Positions 15,163 to 29,754 of a DNA stretch of 64,000 nt are shown in pieces. A program made the position numbers and the translations under genes. The notes below the pieces were generated by a model. It was given only the letters and a program-made list of their open reading frames with translations, was not told the origin of the DNA and ran no database searches. The stretch lies in the NCBI RefSeq assembly GCF_037042905.1, contig NC_087251.1, positions 23,872,001 through 23,936,000 of the forward strand. Direction: 5' to 3'. The stretch comes from Lytechinus pictus (taxonomy: Eukaryota). The stretch's first letter is position 1, and every line of letters starts with the position of its first letter.

Positions 15163-17575
15163 CTGTAGATTGGAAAGTAAGTTTGAAAAAAAGACAAGAA
15201 TAAAACATAATGTTGGCAAACATACAATAAATGTTCTATACTGAAAATTAGTCATGAAAATTACATTAAGTCTTCAACACAAAGAAGGGTAGTTAACATT
15301 ATCTGACAAACATTCCAGATTAGTGTGGCTGACAAAGAGCATAATATCAATTTTGATTGATACTGGTACATTTGATGTTTTGCATTGAATGAGAGATAAC
15401 AACAATATACATTTGTTTAATGCATTTGACATGTAAAACTAGAATTGCCACACTCTCTACAGTGTAGTTCAAAAATTGTTATATAGCTTGGGAAATTTTT
15501 AAGTCAAAGTGGCATCTCTTTCTCCATTTGGATATAAACTGCAAGTAAATAAAATTAGAAAGAACCCCTATCAGTCAATAGCAGACAAAGGTCAGTACTG
15601 AACCAGAGATGCAAAGTTCAAAGACCATCAATGTATGAGATTTTAGGCAGGGAGCCATGACTGGAAGTAAGATCACCAGTCGTTGAGTACAATGTGTATG
15701 GGGATATGCTGTGATGTAGATATGAGGGAAAAGATTTTGATGGATGAGCAACAACCCTTGATGAGGGAGTCTTCCTATAACAAATACACAATTCTTAATA
15801 ATATGATAATAATAATAAAAACAACAATAATAATTATGATAAATTGGACTTGTATCATGCCATATCCATTCTGTACAATGCTCAAGAGGCTTAATGTAGT
15901 TGGTATAGATCTGCCAACTAAAAATATTTCTAGTTCTCTACGTATCTGGTTTGGAGAACGGCAGTATAAGAGGCAGACTTTGGGAAAGAGCAGCATCAAA
16001 ACACATCCCTTTTAACAAAATGATTGCTTGATTTGAAGTAATTTGTTTACAAATGTTAAATTTTTTATTTTTTATTTATTGACTGCACTTTTGCAGCCAG
16101 CAGGTGATCAAAAAGACAGCATATACCTACACTGTACACTACTACACATGAACCCTCCATGTTGGATTTATTTAGTGTGTTAATACAGACTCCCGGGATA
16201 CCTCAACAACCTGTCAAACACAGCCATCAAACAATGAACAAATACAGCATATGGCAGAGCGTGGTCAAAGATTAGTGCAATCAACATGCTCCATGATGAT
16301 CCATTATCTTATTAGAGATTTAATCTATTTTAGCTTGGTACAAGGTCAGACAAGTGCATGCAGATCCCTGTAATACACAAGCCAATATAGAGCATATAGG
16401 CCTAATGGCAAACCCATGTACCAAAATCCATACGAGAAAGGATATCTCATGCAGTTAACTCGTACGGATGGGCACAAAAAGAATTTGCCATTACAGTACA
16501 TGTAAATACATTGTTTAAAACTGAACTTGTAGTTGTAGTATCATCTTTTCAAATTTCTTAGACATCCTTAAAATGCATGTGTACAGGGATGCACTTAAAA
16601 TTGATTTAAAAAATAAAACAGTTACGTTCAATGGAGCCTATAAAAGGCAGATATTTTTTTAAGCAGTACTGTCTGAAAAATGGCATCCCACTTTACAGCA
16701 AAAAGGCAAAAAAGAAAAGAAATGGGGGGGGGGGTCATGAAATGCAAACTTTATCACATTTCTCCAACAGTAAAACCATATCCCAAAGAAAGACACAATT
16801 TACAATTTAAATTTCAGGAACCTAGCAACATAATCTTAAAAGGTTTCCTGTCATCTTATGAGGATTCCACTTCCCAGGAGAGCAACCAATGAAATACATG
16901 TACATCGATCAAAGATTTGATACAAGAATTTCTTTTTAGTCCTACATACATGGCTAATAATGTTCCATTCCCAAAATGCCAATAGTACGTAAATCCTACT
17001 ACAAGTTTATTCTTCTAGGTCTAAACTTATGGATGCAGAATACTTGGGATTTCCTGCAATCCAAGAAATATCATAATCACATCTTCATGTATAGTAAGAC
17101 AATTGTACATGTACATCATGTATGCAATCCATGTATACCTCTTGTCATATTCAACACAGAAATTATTTTTTGTTTTAGCCTTAAAAATCACAAAAGGAAC
17201 ATTATCATCATTATTTGCAATTGTTGCTAATTCATGTTGGTATGATCTGTTTTCAAATAGCAAATAGGCTTCAGAAAATTTATTTTAATCATTAGAGAAA
17301 AAAATTGTAAAAAGCATAACATTGAAAATTTCATCAAAATCGGATAAAAAATAAAGTCATGACATTTCTAAGTTTTGTTTATTTTGCACACAAGTTTTAT
17401 GCACAACTCGGTGACATGTATGAAAATAATAGTCGATTATCACAATTTCTTGTTTTTTATTGCTTGAATTAAAAAAAATATTTCAATTTTTACAGATTTA
17501 TCATTAATGACCAACTTGACTGAACCATAAAATGCTAAAACAATGGTAGCCCCACCCATTCAGGGAGGAATTAAC

Positions 17576-19288
17576 TAGGCCCGTTTCGAGTACACGCCCG
17601 GTCAAGTCAGTGCACGTGTACTAAATTCCATGGCCGTGTACACGGTAGCATCTGTATAAAACTTGCGTGGGAGTTGTAAACAAGTGAACAATTATTTAAT
17701 TGAACACAATTCTATTACCATGCTCACAGCCTCACATTAATTCTAAGATCTCAGACGCTGCACAAGTTTTAATCACTAAAATTCCACTTTTATACCTGTA
17801 CCCACCCTTGAAGTTCTGTAAGACTGTATTTTCGCAAGAAGCCACGGCGCTCACATTTTTTAATGAATGAAATCTGTCTTAGGCCGGCCTGGAGCGTTCA
17901 CTAAGTTTACATACAATGCAGTGACGATATGATTGATAAAACTATCTATGAGCTTTTTGCCGCGCCTTAATAACTACTACTGATTTCTATTGCCCAAAAA
18001 TGAAACCATGTGTAATTATGATGCCTATTCGCCATTAATTTGAACTTTATTTTGATACTTATTCGAGTCTCACTCGTCTGTTCGTGCTGAGATAATTTAT
18101 GCACAATGAATTCATGAATGGAATTTATCGTCATTGATCGCGCATGTGCATTGTGCTTTAATCAAACCAGGTCGAAATTGGTCCGAAAGGAAAATCATGA
18201 CGCGATCAACGTAAAATAAATCTTGCTTTCATTAACAATATTTCTTATTATGACCATAGAACATCATTTAATCGTAATATTTTAGCAATAATTTGCAAAT
18301 GATAATCATTAATTTTAATTTAGAGCTTGATGTTATTCAATTCAATTCAATTAGTATTTCGTTTCCATTTTTAATGACGGACATCACGAATTCCGTAACG
18401 AGTGATGGGTGCACTTGTCTAAAAAAAATTATATCATGTCAGGATTGATTTTCAAACATCGTCGTTGCAGAAACCTTTTTCACGATCGTAATATCACCAT
18501 AAAATACAATTTTACATGACAAAGCAGAGAAAATTTTGTTTGATATTTTTTTCCATCAATTTGAAGCTTGTTTGTGCCCAACTCCGTATTAGAATTCATG
18601 AATGGAAAAATTATGTCATCAATCGCGCATGCGCAATGTGCTTCTTTATCTCGGATACGTCTGGAGTACTTCCATATTCCAACATAACATAACTTTGCTG
18701 ACATTACCAATATTTTTAGTATGGCCATAGAATTTTATTAAATCGTAATAATTTAACAATAATTCACATACACTAATCATTCATATAAATTTAGAGCTCA
18801 ATTTGAGACATTCGTATTTATTTCGGTCGAGTCAGTGCTCTGCAATTATCCTGAATCCCACTTGATTCTACCTTCCATATTATTTTATTTCAAACGTGTT
18901 GTCATCTGCAAATATCATTGTTTTAGATATTTTGGGAAGAATTCTGCTTGGATATCTTTTTTTAGTTGTTGTTTTGTGATCATAGAAAATACAGACAATC
19001 TTTATTGCTCTGCATCCGGCCGTTTGTGCAATGCTTAACCCGGCCCTCAGCGCATTTCAGCGCAGTCATGACGGAGTAAAAAAAAAATTGACTTGATTTT
19101 CTCGCCTTCAAATTTCGATGCATCGACGTTCAATCAAATTAAAGCTGTATACAAAATAATCGATATGGCTTAGGCCTAACGCAAGTTATAATGTTATGTA
19201 ACATAACTGGCTCTCGGTGTTTACTGTACACGACCGAAAAACAGGCCGTGTACACGTGCATCAAAAATGGACTTTCAAAACGGGCCTA
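17576..19288. mobile_element. hAT-like non-autonomous transposon nested in a decayed Kolobok family A copy (~17290-19395)
   Basis: TAGGCCCGTTT / AAACGGGCCTA TIRs; 8-bp TSD GAATTAAC; subterminal GTGTACAC motifs; internal diverged direct repeat (~18105-18330 vs ~18590-18800). Confidence 0.85.
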
Positions 19289-20077
19289 GAATTAACCTAC
19301 ATGTATGTTTCACAGGACAATGAGTAAACGAGAATATTTCATATATTATAATGAAATACATATATGCATAATAGTGAGTAGGTACGTCATCAATCCGATG
19401 AGAGCCACATGGGGTTTAATTCCTAGGCTTACGACCTTACGTATACAAGATTCCTGTACCGGCTGCACAGAAACGTTGGTAGCTCTAACAGAGTATTAAA
19501 AGAAGGCCCAGCGAAATCTTTTGGACTGTGATGTTAAACATTGATCAACGATGTAAATAAGGCATTGTTGTGACATCAGGCATCGCTGCGACATTACTGA
19601 TTGTAACAGGGGCTCTGTTAGAGCATTGCTATCGCTTACAATGTTTCTGTGCAGCCAGCACTGGTTACTTGATTTAACAGAATAGAAATAAAAATAGAAA
19701 TGCAATATCAGTCTATGGCATAGTTGTTTTACATAGCTACCGGTACATCAGATATCAGCAATACCAAAATAAAATGACTTTTTTGCGTTTTAACAAGTTT
19801 ACAGGAGTCATCTCCCAACTGTTTTTGCGAAGGATGACACCAATCTTTCATGATTCGTCTTCATCAGAAAAACGTGAGCAATGTGAGTAATGAAGAAGAA
19901 GGAACCTCATCCAAGGCTTAAGAAGACTGAAAGGGGGTAATTCAATGATTATGGAAACACTGCATTCAGTCACTGCAAACAAGTATATTAATTTCTTGCA
20001 TTATTCATTCTATCAATCAAATCTTGCAGTATTTCCCTGATGGCTCTGGAAAACCCAGCCAGTAATACAACACTTAA

Positions 20078-20642
20078 AGGAAACCAAAATACAAGGAGAG
20101 AACCCATCTTTTCAGAAAGAATAAAATGAGAGGAGCAATCTAAAACTTGTTTCATCAAAATTGGTTGAATAGAATAAGCAAGTTATGGACGTTTAAAATG
20201 TCTTGTAATTTCTATGGGGATCCTCAAATTAGCAAACATGCTCCAAATGCCTGATTTTGTGGACAACTCTCCATTTGTTTTGTACACAAATTTTCAAATT
20301 TTCCCCTTTATTACATACATGTATCTCACATTATCTCCTGACCTGAGGTGTGAATTATATTTACCCATGACATAGGTGACGCTCAGAAGGCAAGATGCAA
20401 TGTGAAAGATAATGGGGAAAATATGAAAATTTGTGTACAAAACAAATAGTGTTGTCCACAAAATCTGTGATTCTGAAGCATAGTGGCCAATTTGAGGATC
20501 CCCATAGAAAGTACAACAAGATTTTTTTAACGTTCATAATTTGCTTATTTCACACCCGATTTTAATGAAACTTGTTTTAAATTATTCCTCTCATTTTACT
20601 CTTTCCAATAAGATTGCTTCTCTTCTTGGGTTTTGGTATCCT
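20078..20642. mobile_element. Kolobok-like MITE, family B (nearly palindromic)
   Basis: TTAA TSD; AGGAAACCAAAA...TTTTGGTATCCT termini; inverted arms over 200 bp. Confidence 0.85.
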
Positions 20643-23270
20643 TTAACTCATAAAAGCAGCCTGAAAGGGTTGCTGTCCCAATGATAGAAAGGGTTAAGAT
20701 GAACTATGCATTGTGCTACCTGTAATTCATCAGAGTGGAATCATTTACAATTTATTGAAATTTTCAATTTCTTACATTTGGCATTTCCGCAGGTGAATGG
20801 ATGTATAAAGCAGAAAGTGTTACAATCACAATGATTAATACACAACTAGTTTGTACTTGTTAATCATCAAAGCAAAGAGTAATTTTGTTACAAAGATTTA
20901 AAAAATATCCTTATTTTCATACAAATCTCATAATTTTTCTGTCATGTTGATTGTTCTTTCTTCTTTTAAATGACTTTCTTGTGAAAAAGATTACAGGATA
21001 TCATCTATCATCAACTCAGCTTCTCAAATAACATTCCCGTTTCAGAAAGTGTAAATTTGTAACAAATTTATATGAATCTTTTAGCATACAAAATGAACAT
21101 GCAGTTCAAAGTATTAATTCACAAAATTGAGCAACTGCTTTCATAATTATTCAGCAGAAGCTTCAGGTTTGCATAATTATAGATTTCACAAAAAAAAATA
21201 TGACTGTGCTTGTATTTCTCATGGAACACTGCTTTCAGAGCATGTTACACTACTTACCATTTATTGATACTCCAGTTGTATAAGTCCATTTTACATGTAT
21301 TTCCAATTACTTGAGTTCCATTTGGTTTTCTCTTTTTATGACATCATTACAAAATATTATAATACTAATAGGTTGACCAAACAAGCCATAGTGCACTCCT
21401 CACGAGATATGTGTAGCTGTCACATTCTGAAGGCTTTCTTGAATTAGAATAATTGCAACATATCCATGTTCACCCATGAGCTCAGGGATGCTAAACATCC
21501 CAACTTCTGCACGATGATGAGAATAAGTGATGCCTTCCCACCCACCATCTATGCTCCTACTATGACTCGGTGCCAGGAACGGCGCTCACCCTCTCTCTTG
21601 CTCTCACAACGTGTGTGCATTAATTGTGTGTGCATGAATTAGATGTATGTGTGGGGATATGATTCTTTGCTGCTGCGTTGGAGCGTTGGTGTTGTGTGTA
21701 TTCTACCAGTGTGTCTGTGAGCGACAGTGTGTGTGTGTGGGGAGCAATCCTGTCATGAAATCAACCTCTGCGTTTCGTTTCGCATGCTGAATCAGAGTGC
21801 CTCTTTGCCGATTCTGAATTTCCAATAACCTGCCTCTCTCTGTCTCTATCTCTGCTCCGAGAGAGAGATGAGAGATGCAAGGAGTAGCTAAGCAGCAGCC
21901 AACTTCCTCATCACTTCATGAATATGTAAAGATCTCTCTGGTAATGCTTCAGTTTTACAAGGATATTCGTAAGAAACCCATCAAAATCCCCCACATCATA
22001 CCCCAGATCAATACAACCTGGAGAAAGAAATTTACAAGGACCGTACAGGCATCATTTTCCTTTAATATTTCCTAAAATATCCATTAATCCTTCTCGAGAT
22101 TTGGACAGCTGTCATTTTCTTACACCCACCATCCCACAAACACAGATACACACACAAATAAAAAAAAATATGGTAAAATTAATGGGGTCTCCATTTCTAC
22201 TTTATGCAGAATATAGACTTTGTAACGAATCCAGTAGCAAAGTACTGTACTTGGGGTTTTTTGCACCTTACAAGAGCCATTTTGGGCATTTGGTGGGTAA
22301 ATTTCCCTATAGGCTCACATACTTTTTTTTGTGGGGGGATGCTATGAAAAATACAAGCCATTGTTAAAGATTAGGGTTTATTTAGTGTTGGACGTTAGAT
22401 TTTATATTTGGCTTCACGTGCAGATTTTCCATACGTAGGAGCAATTGTCGCTGGAGCAAATGTCATGGAACCGTTTACGGTAGATATTTATTCATGCAAG
22501 CCAGAAATGTCTAAAACAATTAAGATATTATAAATAAAAGGTATTTTTATGTGTCATTCAAACCTATACATAACTTCCACTTTACCAAGTACAAGATATC
22601 TTGCAAATCAGTTTTGATAAATTTTGCTCTTCTCTCTGCATCTGTTTATTTTTTTGGGGGGGACAAAACTTTTTTGTTGCATTAACCTATTTGTACTACC
22701 ACCGTCTTTCATTTTACTAAATACAAAGCTTTCAGTAAAATAAAATTATATAATTTATTTCTATTTCCATCCCTTTCCAATCCTGCCCACATTAATGGAA
22801 TTGATTTCAGCCCCCACCGAAAGACACGATGCATTCTAAGGCGACATGACTCAAATATCAGCCATGCCTTCAGGCTGCGTCCTAAATTAAATTCAAGCTT
22901 TCTACTACTTACCCCTACAAAACACAATAAAGCATTCAGTCAGTTCAAAAGTGCATATAATGAATAGGATCTCTGGAGAAAATTCCAGCACTTTCTCTTT
23001 CATTACCAGTAATCCATTCATGTTCCTTCTTCTTTACTCAAATCTTTGTCCCTCACTTTCATCCAATCTTCTTCTTGCTATTACAAAGAGACTACAAAAG
23101 TATTTTGACATTTTATAAGAACATTACCAAGTTACCCCCCCCCCCCCTTCAGATGTCTTCCCCAATCGATATGGATAGCGCATCATTCTCCAATGGTGAT
23201 AGATCTCATGTCTGAATGACATATTACTGATCACCATTGCTGGTTATAACTAGGCAGAGTTTAGATCACA

Positions 23271-23800
23271 CATAATGCGCCATTATACAAATAGCGAATA
23301 GGCATGAGTGCGATGGTGCGAGATTTTGCTTGAGGAGAAAGAAAGATGCTCTATTCAACGAGGCGTTAGCCGAGTTGAATAGAGCGTCTCTTTCTTTCAC
23401 CGAATGTGAAATCTCGCACCATTGCACGAATAAGAATATTTGCTATTTGTGTTGTACAACGCCTCGGAATCTAGCGAAAATATGAAAAAAAGAGTTTTCC
23501 CCTGCAGCAATCTATGAAAAGGGAGCAAAAATATTGAAAGCGAAAAGCAAAATCCCACAAGCGCACATGATCTTGGGCAGCATTGCGCATTTAGCCAGCA
23601 GGCTATACGCGCATTGCACCTTCATTTTTACTGAGCACAATGAATTAAATCGTATTGTGACGTCACCTCCTAAAGCCATGCAACGGTACATTTTGGACGG
23701 TACATTTTCGATGGTACGTTGTGTGTGCAACGGTATGAATGTTTGACATTCAGTCTCCCATTTGCTCGCGTACAACAAGCTAAGTAGGCGTTGTACAATA
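23271..23800. mobile_element. Crypton-like non-autonomous element
   Basis: Long internal hairpin centred on CTATTCAACGAGGCGTTAGCCGAGTTGAATAG; TTGTACAACGCCT / AGGCGTTGTACAA inverted pair; no TSD seen. Confidence 0.55.
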
Positions 23801-23871
23801 TTTGAAACGTGATTTACAATATTGTACGTCACTATAGAAAGTGTGCATTGTGCAGTGTGAAGCATCACAAT

Positions 23872-24058
23872 GGTGCCATGGCCAAGCGGTCTAAGACGCA
23901 TAACTAAACATGGAAAGTCCGGGGTTCAATCTCCGGCCACGGCACCTAATACCATGAGCAAGGTATTTAATCGGCAATGCTCTTTTATCCTGCATTAAAA
24001 TATGGATATGCTATCAGCATTCTTGGTAACTAGGAGTGCACTTGTTTAAAAAAAAAAA
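23872..24058 (+). mobile_element. tRNA-derived SINE
   Basis: A box TGGCCAAGCGG, B box GGTTCAATCTCC, GGTGCC/GGCACC acceptor-stem remnant, unrelated body, poly(A) tail. Confidence 0.8.
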
Positions 24059-25914
24059 TGTTACGTCACAATGTAACATATTTGGAACATATTTACGTTT
24101 TACCCACCGAAGCGCTGATAACGTCTGAGTGACATGCTACTGATAGGCACTTGCAATCTACAGCAAGTAGTGATGTGAACGTCACATTACTGATCACTAC
24201 TGATGACTTAGTACTGTAAGTAGTTTGGTAGCGAAGTGTGAGAAGTGCAAATACTATCTTGAATACTGACAGGACATGCATGTAGGCATACATGTACATG
24301 TAGTAAAGAACATGCCCAATTTTTCTTCAGATCCACCTTCAAGAGAAAAGTACATAAATTTACCCAGGACCAAAAAAGGCTGACAATCATTCATTCCTGT
24401 TATCCCTTTTCCGATTTACCAAATTGAAGACCCTCCAATATCTGATCTATTATTAGGTAAGCAAATATCACCCTGAATGATTAGCAATTTAGCAAGCTAT
24501 TGTATCGGATACAATAGATGGTACATGTATAATGAAGAGACATACAAACTGTGACTATTTTAAGATAAGTATCCCAAAAAGTCAAATCCAGATCTGCAAC
24601 TTTTCTCTTCTCCACTCTCCAGACTGTATGCATATATATCAACATTGTCCTGGAGGTGCGTGGTATGTGTGTTTGTGATTGAAAGGGGGGTGTAAATAAC
24701 TTTTAAAAACTTCAACGCACTGTATGTGTATGATAGGTTTAGGGTGTCAAAAATGCCTGGAACAAAGAGGACACATTTTAGGCATTGAAGACCATAAATA
24801 AATCAAAATTGGTGTTTATGGAATTTATCCATCATATTGCATACACTGTACATGTATATTGGAAAGTATTTTTGCATGGGATAAGTTTAAAACCATTAGG
24901 GTAAAATTAAAAAAAGAAAGCATTTATAGAATAAAGAATGACATGTTTAAACATTTGATAGGGGTTTTAAAGAAATGCCAGTTATTTTATCAGAGTAGAT
25001 CCTCTAACATTCCAGTCTTTAAAAAAAGTGTTGTACCCATTAAATCTTTTTCATCTATCGACTCCAGATATGAAAATTTGTTGGGATCCCTATCAAATAA
25101 TTTTCATGTAAAATTGCAAGGTACTACTTTCACAAAAAAAATTACTTACACCAGTTCCAGATCATACAAATTCATACCGGTATTCAAAGTAACGCACTAG
25201 TAAAAAAAAAAAAAACAGATACTTTGAGGACATCGCAACTTAATAAAGGGAGGGGGGGTAATGATGGATTGATAGTTTCTGGTCATGCATGTATGTTCAA
25301 GTACAGCAATATTCTAATCATGCCCCCCCCTTACATATTGTAATTTAATTCACATTCAAGTGTATATTTGCTATAATCACTGAATAGTCTTCACTGCTAT
25401 GACCTCCAACTGCATTCCATTTCTATAAAGTATTGTGTAAACTGTGAACGTTAAGTGCCCTTGGTTCAATGAACAAATGGCACACTCCCACAATACCTAT
25501 TGTTCACCAAGCATGCTACTCTACCATAGGGAATATGCTTGTATTTCTAAAAATACAATTACTCACATATGTATTCATAGTGAATTTCTTTATCATTTTG
25601 AGTGGTACAAATTGACTGAAGATAATATGTACAAAGGAATTGCATTATTACATGTATATGCTTAAATTTCAATAAATCAAATAATTGCAGTGACCAGAGA
25701 GCAATAATTTTAAAAGAAAGTCTTTAAAATTCATTTCAAATTATTTTTCTCAGTATAAAAACAACAATATAAATAGTACGAACATGAAATAAATCAGACA
25801 TAGACATAAATAAAGTTTTATACTGAAAGGGTAGCAGCCAAAAAGAAATTAACCTCATGTAAGTGAACTATTACCATACCAATTACCAAACAGGCCTAAA
25901 AGTAGAATTAGTAA

Positions 25915-26148
25915 AGGCTCTGTCAAATCTTTCCGTGCAAGCCTTGTGCGTGATTTGTGGGTTACTATTTTTGCTACCATCAAGTCGCCCCCATTGACAG
26001 TATCTCACACGCAGTAGCCCGCAGAAGCACACGCAAGTCGGATTTGCACGCAGAAAAGTTTTCAACACATGCTCAAAAATTTGTTGTGGGTTAGTTGCGG
26101 GCAATCGCCCACAATGCAAGGCTTGCACGGAACGATGTGGCAGGGCCT
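25915..26148. mobile_element. PIF/Harbinger-like MITE
   Basis: ~32-bp imperfect TIRs (AGGCTCTGTCAAATCTTTCCGTGCAAGCCTTG); TAA TSD. Confidence 0.8.
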
Positions 26149-26291
26149 TAAGATTTGACATGGTTTTTATAAGCTAACACTGTAATAGCATGTAACACGA
26201 GTATATGTACACTGAAAATCAGTGACAGAGATTTATAAGCAAATGTCATTATTGCTTGGAAAACAAGAATCACTAGTAATGAATACCAGTA

Positions 26292-27970
26292 GGGGAGACC
26301 GGGGTTAGTTGGAACATGGGGTAAGTTGAAACATTGTAATTTTCTTTAACGTCTTAAAATAAATTTTTGCAATACTGCCCGCAATTTATTGTCATTATCA
26401 ACAGCCATCCACCATATTACAGACAACACATGTGCAACAAGCCTGGTGAAGTTAGAAAGGAATTTTTGTTTTTTGACCTTCTGAGTAATTTTTTTCTCTT
26501 TCAGAAATGTTTGATTATCTCAGAGAAGTTTATAGATCAAGTTGGCCAGTTTGGGGGTATAATAGACACTTGTACCAAGCTACAAAATGAGGTTATTAAT
26601 ATGCCATGGTGAAGTCCCTTTTTTGTGCTGTAAGGTTATAAACGTCAAACGGGCCTTCGGGGTTAGTTGGAACAAAATTGAAGGGGCTAGTTGGAACATG
26701 TTCCAACTTACCCCAAACATAATTATGAATAAAAACATTGGATATGAGAAAAAAATATATAAAGTATTTCACACTCTTCTGAACATATATTGTAAACCAT
26801 GCTTGTTTTGTTTATCAGTTAGGTCTGAGTGTGCATTTAAGGCCTATTGTAGGCCCCTAATGCAATATTAACCCTTATCAAAATGGGAGGGGGGTCAATT
26901 TGAGCCCCCTCCTCACGAAATTTTGTCACTATGCCATTGCGCAATTTTTTTTTAGTACACTGCCCGCTGACTTTTTACTTTCAAGTCTTGCGCATCATTT
27001 GAGACCAAATTTGCGATGCCTGTGTGCACGGTTTCAAAAATATGCAACATTTTGTACGTGCATGTTCGGACCCAAAATTGTTCAAAAACGTGATTCCATG
27101 TACAAGGTCAATGCAAATTGTGTTTTTCAACCAAAAGTCATAAATGTATGATTATTTTTTACTTAAGTTGGTTCAAATAGATTTATTTTATGCTATTTAT
27201 GAACGCAATTCGCAAAAAAGTCCCGACAAAGTTCATCGAAAAAACAAAGGCAAAAAAATACAAAAAAAAATAATACATAAGAAATTATATATTTTTTGCA
27301 ATTTTTGGTGGATATTTGTTATAAAATGGGAAAATTTATACTCTCACCAAAAATTAGCATTCTACTAGCTTAATAAATACAGTTAAAGGCAAAAACATAC
27401 AAAAAAATTAGGGCAAATTTCACATGCTTATTTGCATAACTAATTAATTAAAAAATATAAACAATTAATTTTTGTCTTATAAATTTGATGCAGAAGTACA
27501 TGAAATTGCTGATAGTACACTATGCATGTAAAATCAAACGCACCCAAATATGCGGAATTCTACTACTTAGTCTGCTTGTGTGAGTGGCTGTATAATAGAA
27601 AACATAAAGTTCAACGAATCCACACTTTAATATTTGAACTTGAATAAAATAAAGCAAATAGGCTAAAACCATGTAATATTACAGTTTTAAGTAGTTTTAG
27701 TATAATTCTTAATTGACCATGCAGTGTTCCAACTTACCCCATACCATGTTCCAACTTACCCCGTATATGGGGTAAGTTGGAACGTTTGCGATGGTCTTGT
27801 TCAAGGTGGAATTTTTCAGTAACCATTTAAGAGTTAAAAATTTTATGGGGTACATTTGAAGCCCTTAGATATATGCTTCAAGCTGATATATTGATTGTTT
27901 CTCGAATAAAATTTATTTGGATTTTACAGCAATTTTTTTCAAAAATGTTCCAACTAACCCCGGTCTCCCC
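26292..27970. mobile_element. Tc1/mariner (pogo)-like non-autonomous element with a truncated piggyBac-like insert from ~26872
   Basis: Perfect TIR GGGGAGACCGGGGTTAGTTGGAACAT; TA TSD; repeated GGGGT(T/A)AGTTGGAAC motifs; internal TTAA|CCCTT left end. Confidence 0.85.
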
Positions 27971-29139
27971 TATACATGTAATGTGGCATACATGTATTAT
28001 GAATCAATGCAAAAATATTATGTAAATTGCCCTGAATACAGATAAAATATGCAAGGCATGTTGTAGGTCTTTTACACCAAGGAACGCTACAATACAGTAC
28101 ATGCCCATGTCTGTTTATTCACATTGAGCATTTTCAACATTTTCAGCCTGTCAACTTTACCTGCAGTAGTGCTACATGTACAAGTCAGGTTCCATGTTCG
28201 GGTTCCAATTAAGCTGTTGTTTTCAGTTCAGCCATTTCAATATTTTTCCCTAAAAATTTGGTCCATTTTTGGTTCACGATGTACATGCATTACCAAATAA
28301 ACAAAATATTAATAAATATTTTTGAAATGACACAAAGTCACTGGAATAAATCAACAAATGTAAACATGTTAACTGCCGCAAGCTCTGTAATACATATTAA
28401 TTTTGTTTCTGAAAGAACATGTAACAGGTATGGTTACACAAATTTTTGAAAGAAACTTTTATTTCATTTTTTGATCAAAAATTGTTCTTTTTATGAAGCC
28501 TGAGTTAAATCACTTTCAAAATACTGTCGATGTTTGATGCCATCGAGCACGGTCTGTAGACCTACATAAATGAAATTTGCTTATAAATCGGCATTGATCT
28601 TGTGTATAAAACATCTAGGGGAAATGATAGAGGTGTTGAGGGTAGGGTAGCAGGAGGATAATTTCAACTCCTATTTCCCAGAAATGTAAAAGATACATTT
28701 GATTTTTTTTTGCATTTAAAAAAAATATATATATTGTTGAAATTGCACAAGTTGTAAACTTCATATTGTCAATAGTGGATAGCTAATGCAGTGCCCACAA
28801 CTGGAATCCTCTCAACCCCTATTGGCGACCTGCATACCTTCCAGCTTCCATCATGCAGCCTTATACCCCTGCCTCTTCTCAAATACATGTACAACTGTGT
28901 AAATAAAGGTCTCCCTAGAAGGGGGGGGGGGGTACAATAAAAATGGTGCCAGTAATTTCATAAATTTAGAATTAATTCAATTTCAACAGTTTGTTTTTCA
29001 AAAAAGTTCAAACAAAATTTTAAATGAATATCTGGATTACAAGGGATCAATTCTGGGAAAGAGGATGAATTCTTCAACTGTGCTACCCTCGTGCCCCCTT
29101 CTTCACTCCCTATATCATCACCAACATCATCATCGCCAT

Positions 29140-29382
29140 CGATGGCAGATCCAGAAAGGGGTACATCCAGCCCATGCCCCCCATCCCCTTTGACAGACAC
29201 AATGAATATTTTTTTAGGGGAACATGTAATGCATATCGAAGTGAAGAATTTTTTTTTTTTGCTTGTCATTTTTTCTTTTAACAAAATGACCTCAATTTGG
29301 TAGTGAAATTTTTTTTTCTTGCTTGTCAATATTTCCTTTACAAAAATATCCCTCCTTTTGGAGAATCCTGGATCCGCCCCTG
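29140..29382. mobile_element. Degenerate GGCGGATCCAG-type MITE
   Basis: TGGCAGATCCAG ... CTGGATCCGCCCCTG inverted ends. Confidence 0.55.
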
Positions 29383-29519
29383 ATCATCGTCATCATCATT
29401 ACCAAAATATACAAGGAAGGCAGAGCTTGCGCCCTGTCAAGATTTCCGGGGCTTGTTCCTTCTGGTCAATCTTGATCCTACATGCAGGCCTACATGTACT
29501 TGCACTTAGAATTTGCCCT

Positions 29520-29720
29520 GGGGCAATTCCATAAAATATGTCTGACCCCCTATATGTGGGACCTTAATGAAATTTTCTGTCCCTGATTTCTGGTTCTTTC
29601 AAGATAATCTGTAATGCTCTCAAATGACCATTACTTGGTCAGTTAATGAAGTGAAGTAAGACTTGAGAAAAATGGGGGTCGGATGTACAAAAAGGTTGAT
29701 CATTTTTATGGAATTGCCCC
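29520..29720. mobile_element. MITE with GGGGCAATTCCATAAAA TIRs
   Basis: 17-bp perfect TIR; a disrupted second copy has its pieces at ~33745 and ~35355-35436. Confidence 0.8.
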
Positions 29721-29754
29721 CTGTAGACTACTATAACAACCACTATGGTGACAG

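Noticed and set aside
23872..23947. Functional tRNA gene
   Set aside because: Anticodon arm does not pair, and it continues into a SINE body and poly(A) rather than a Pol III terminator
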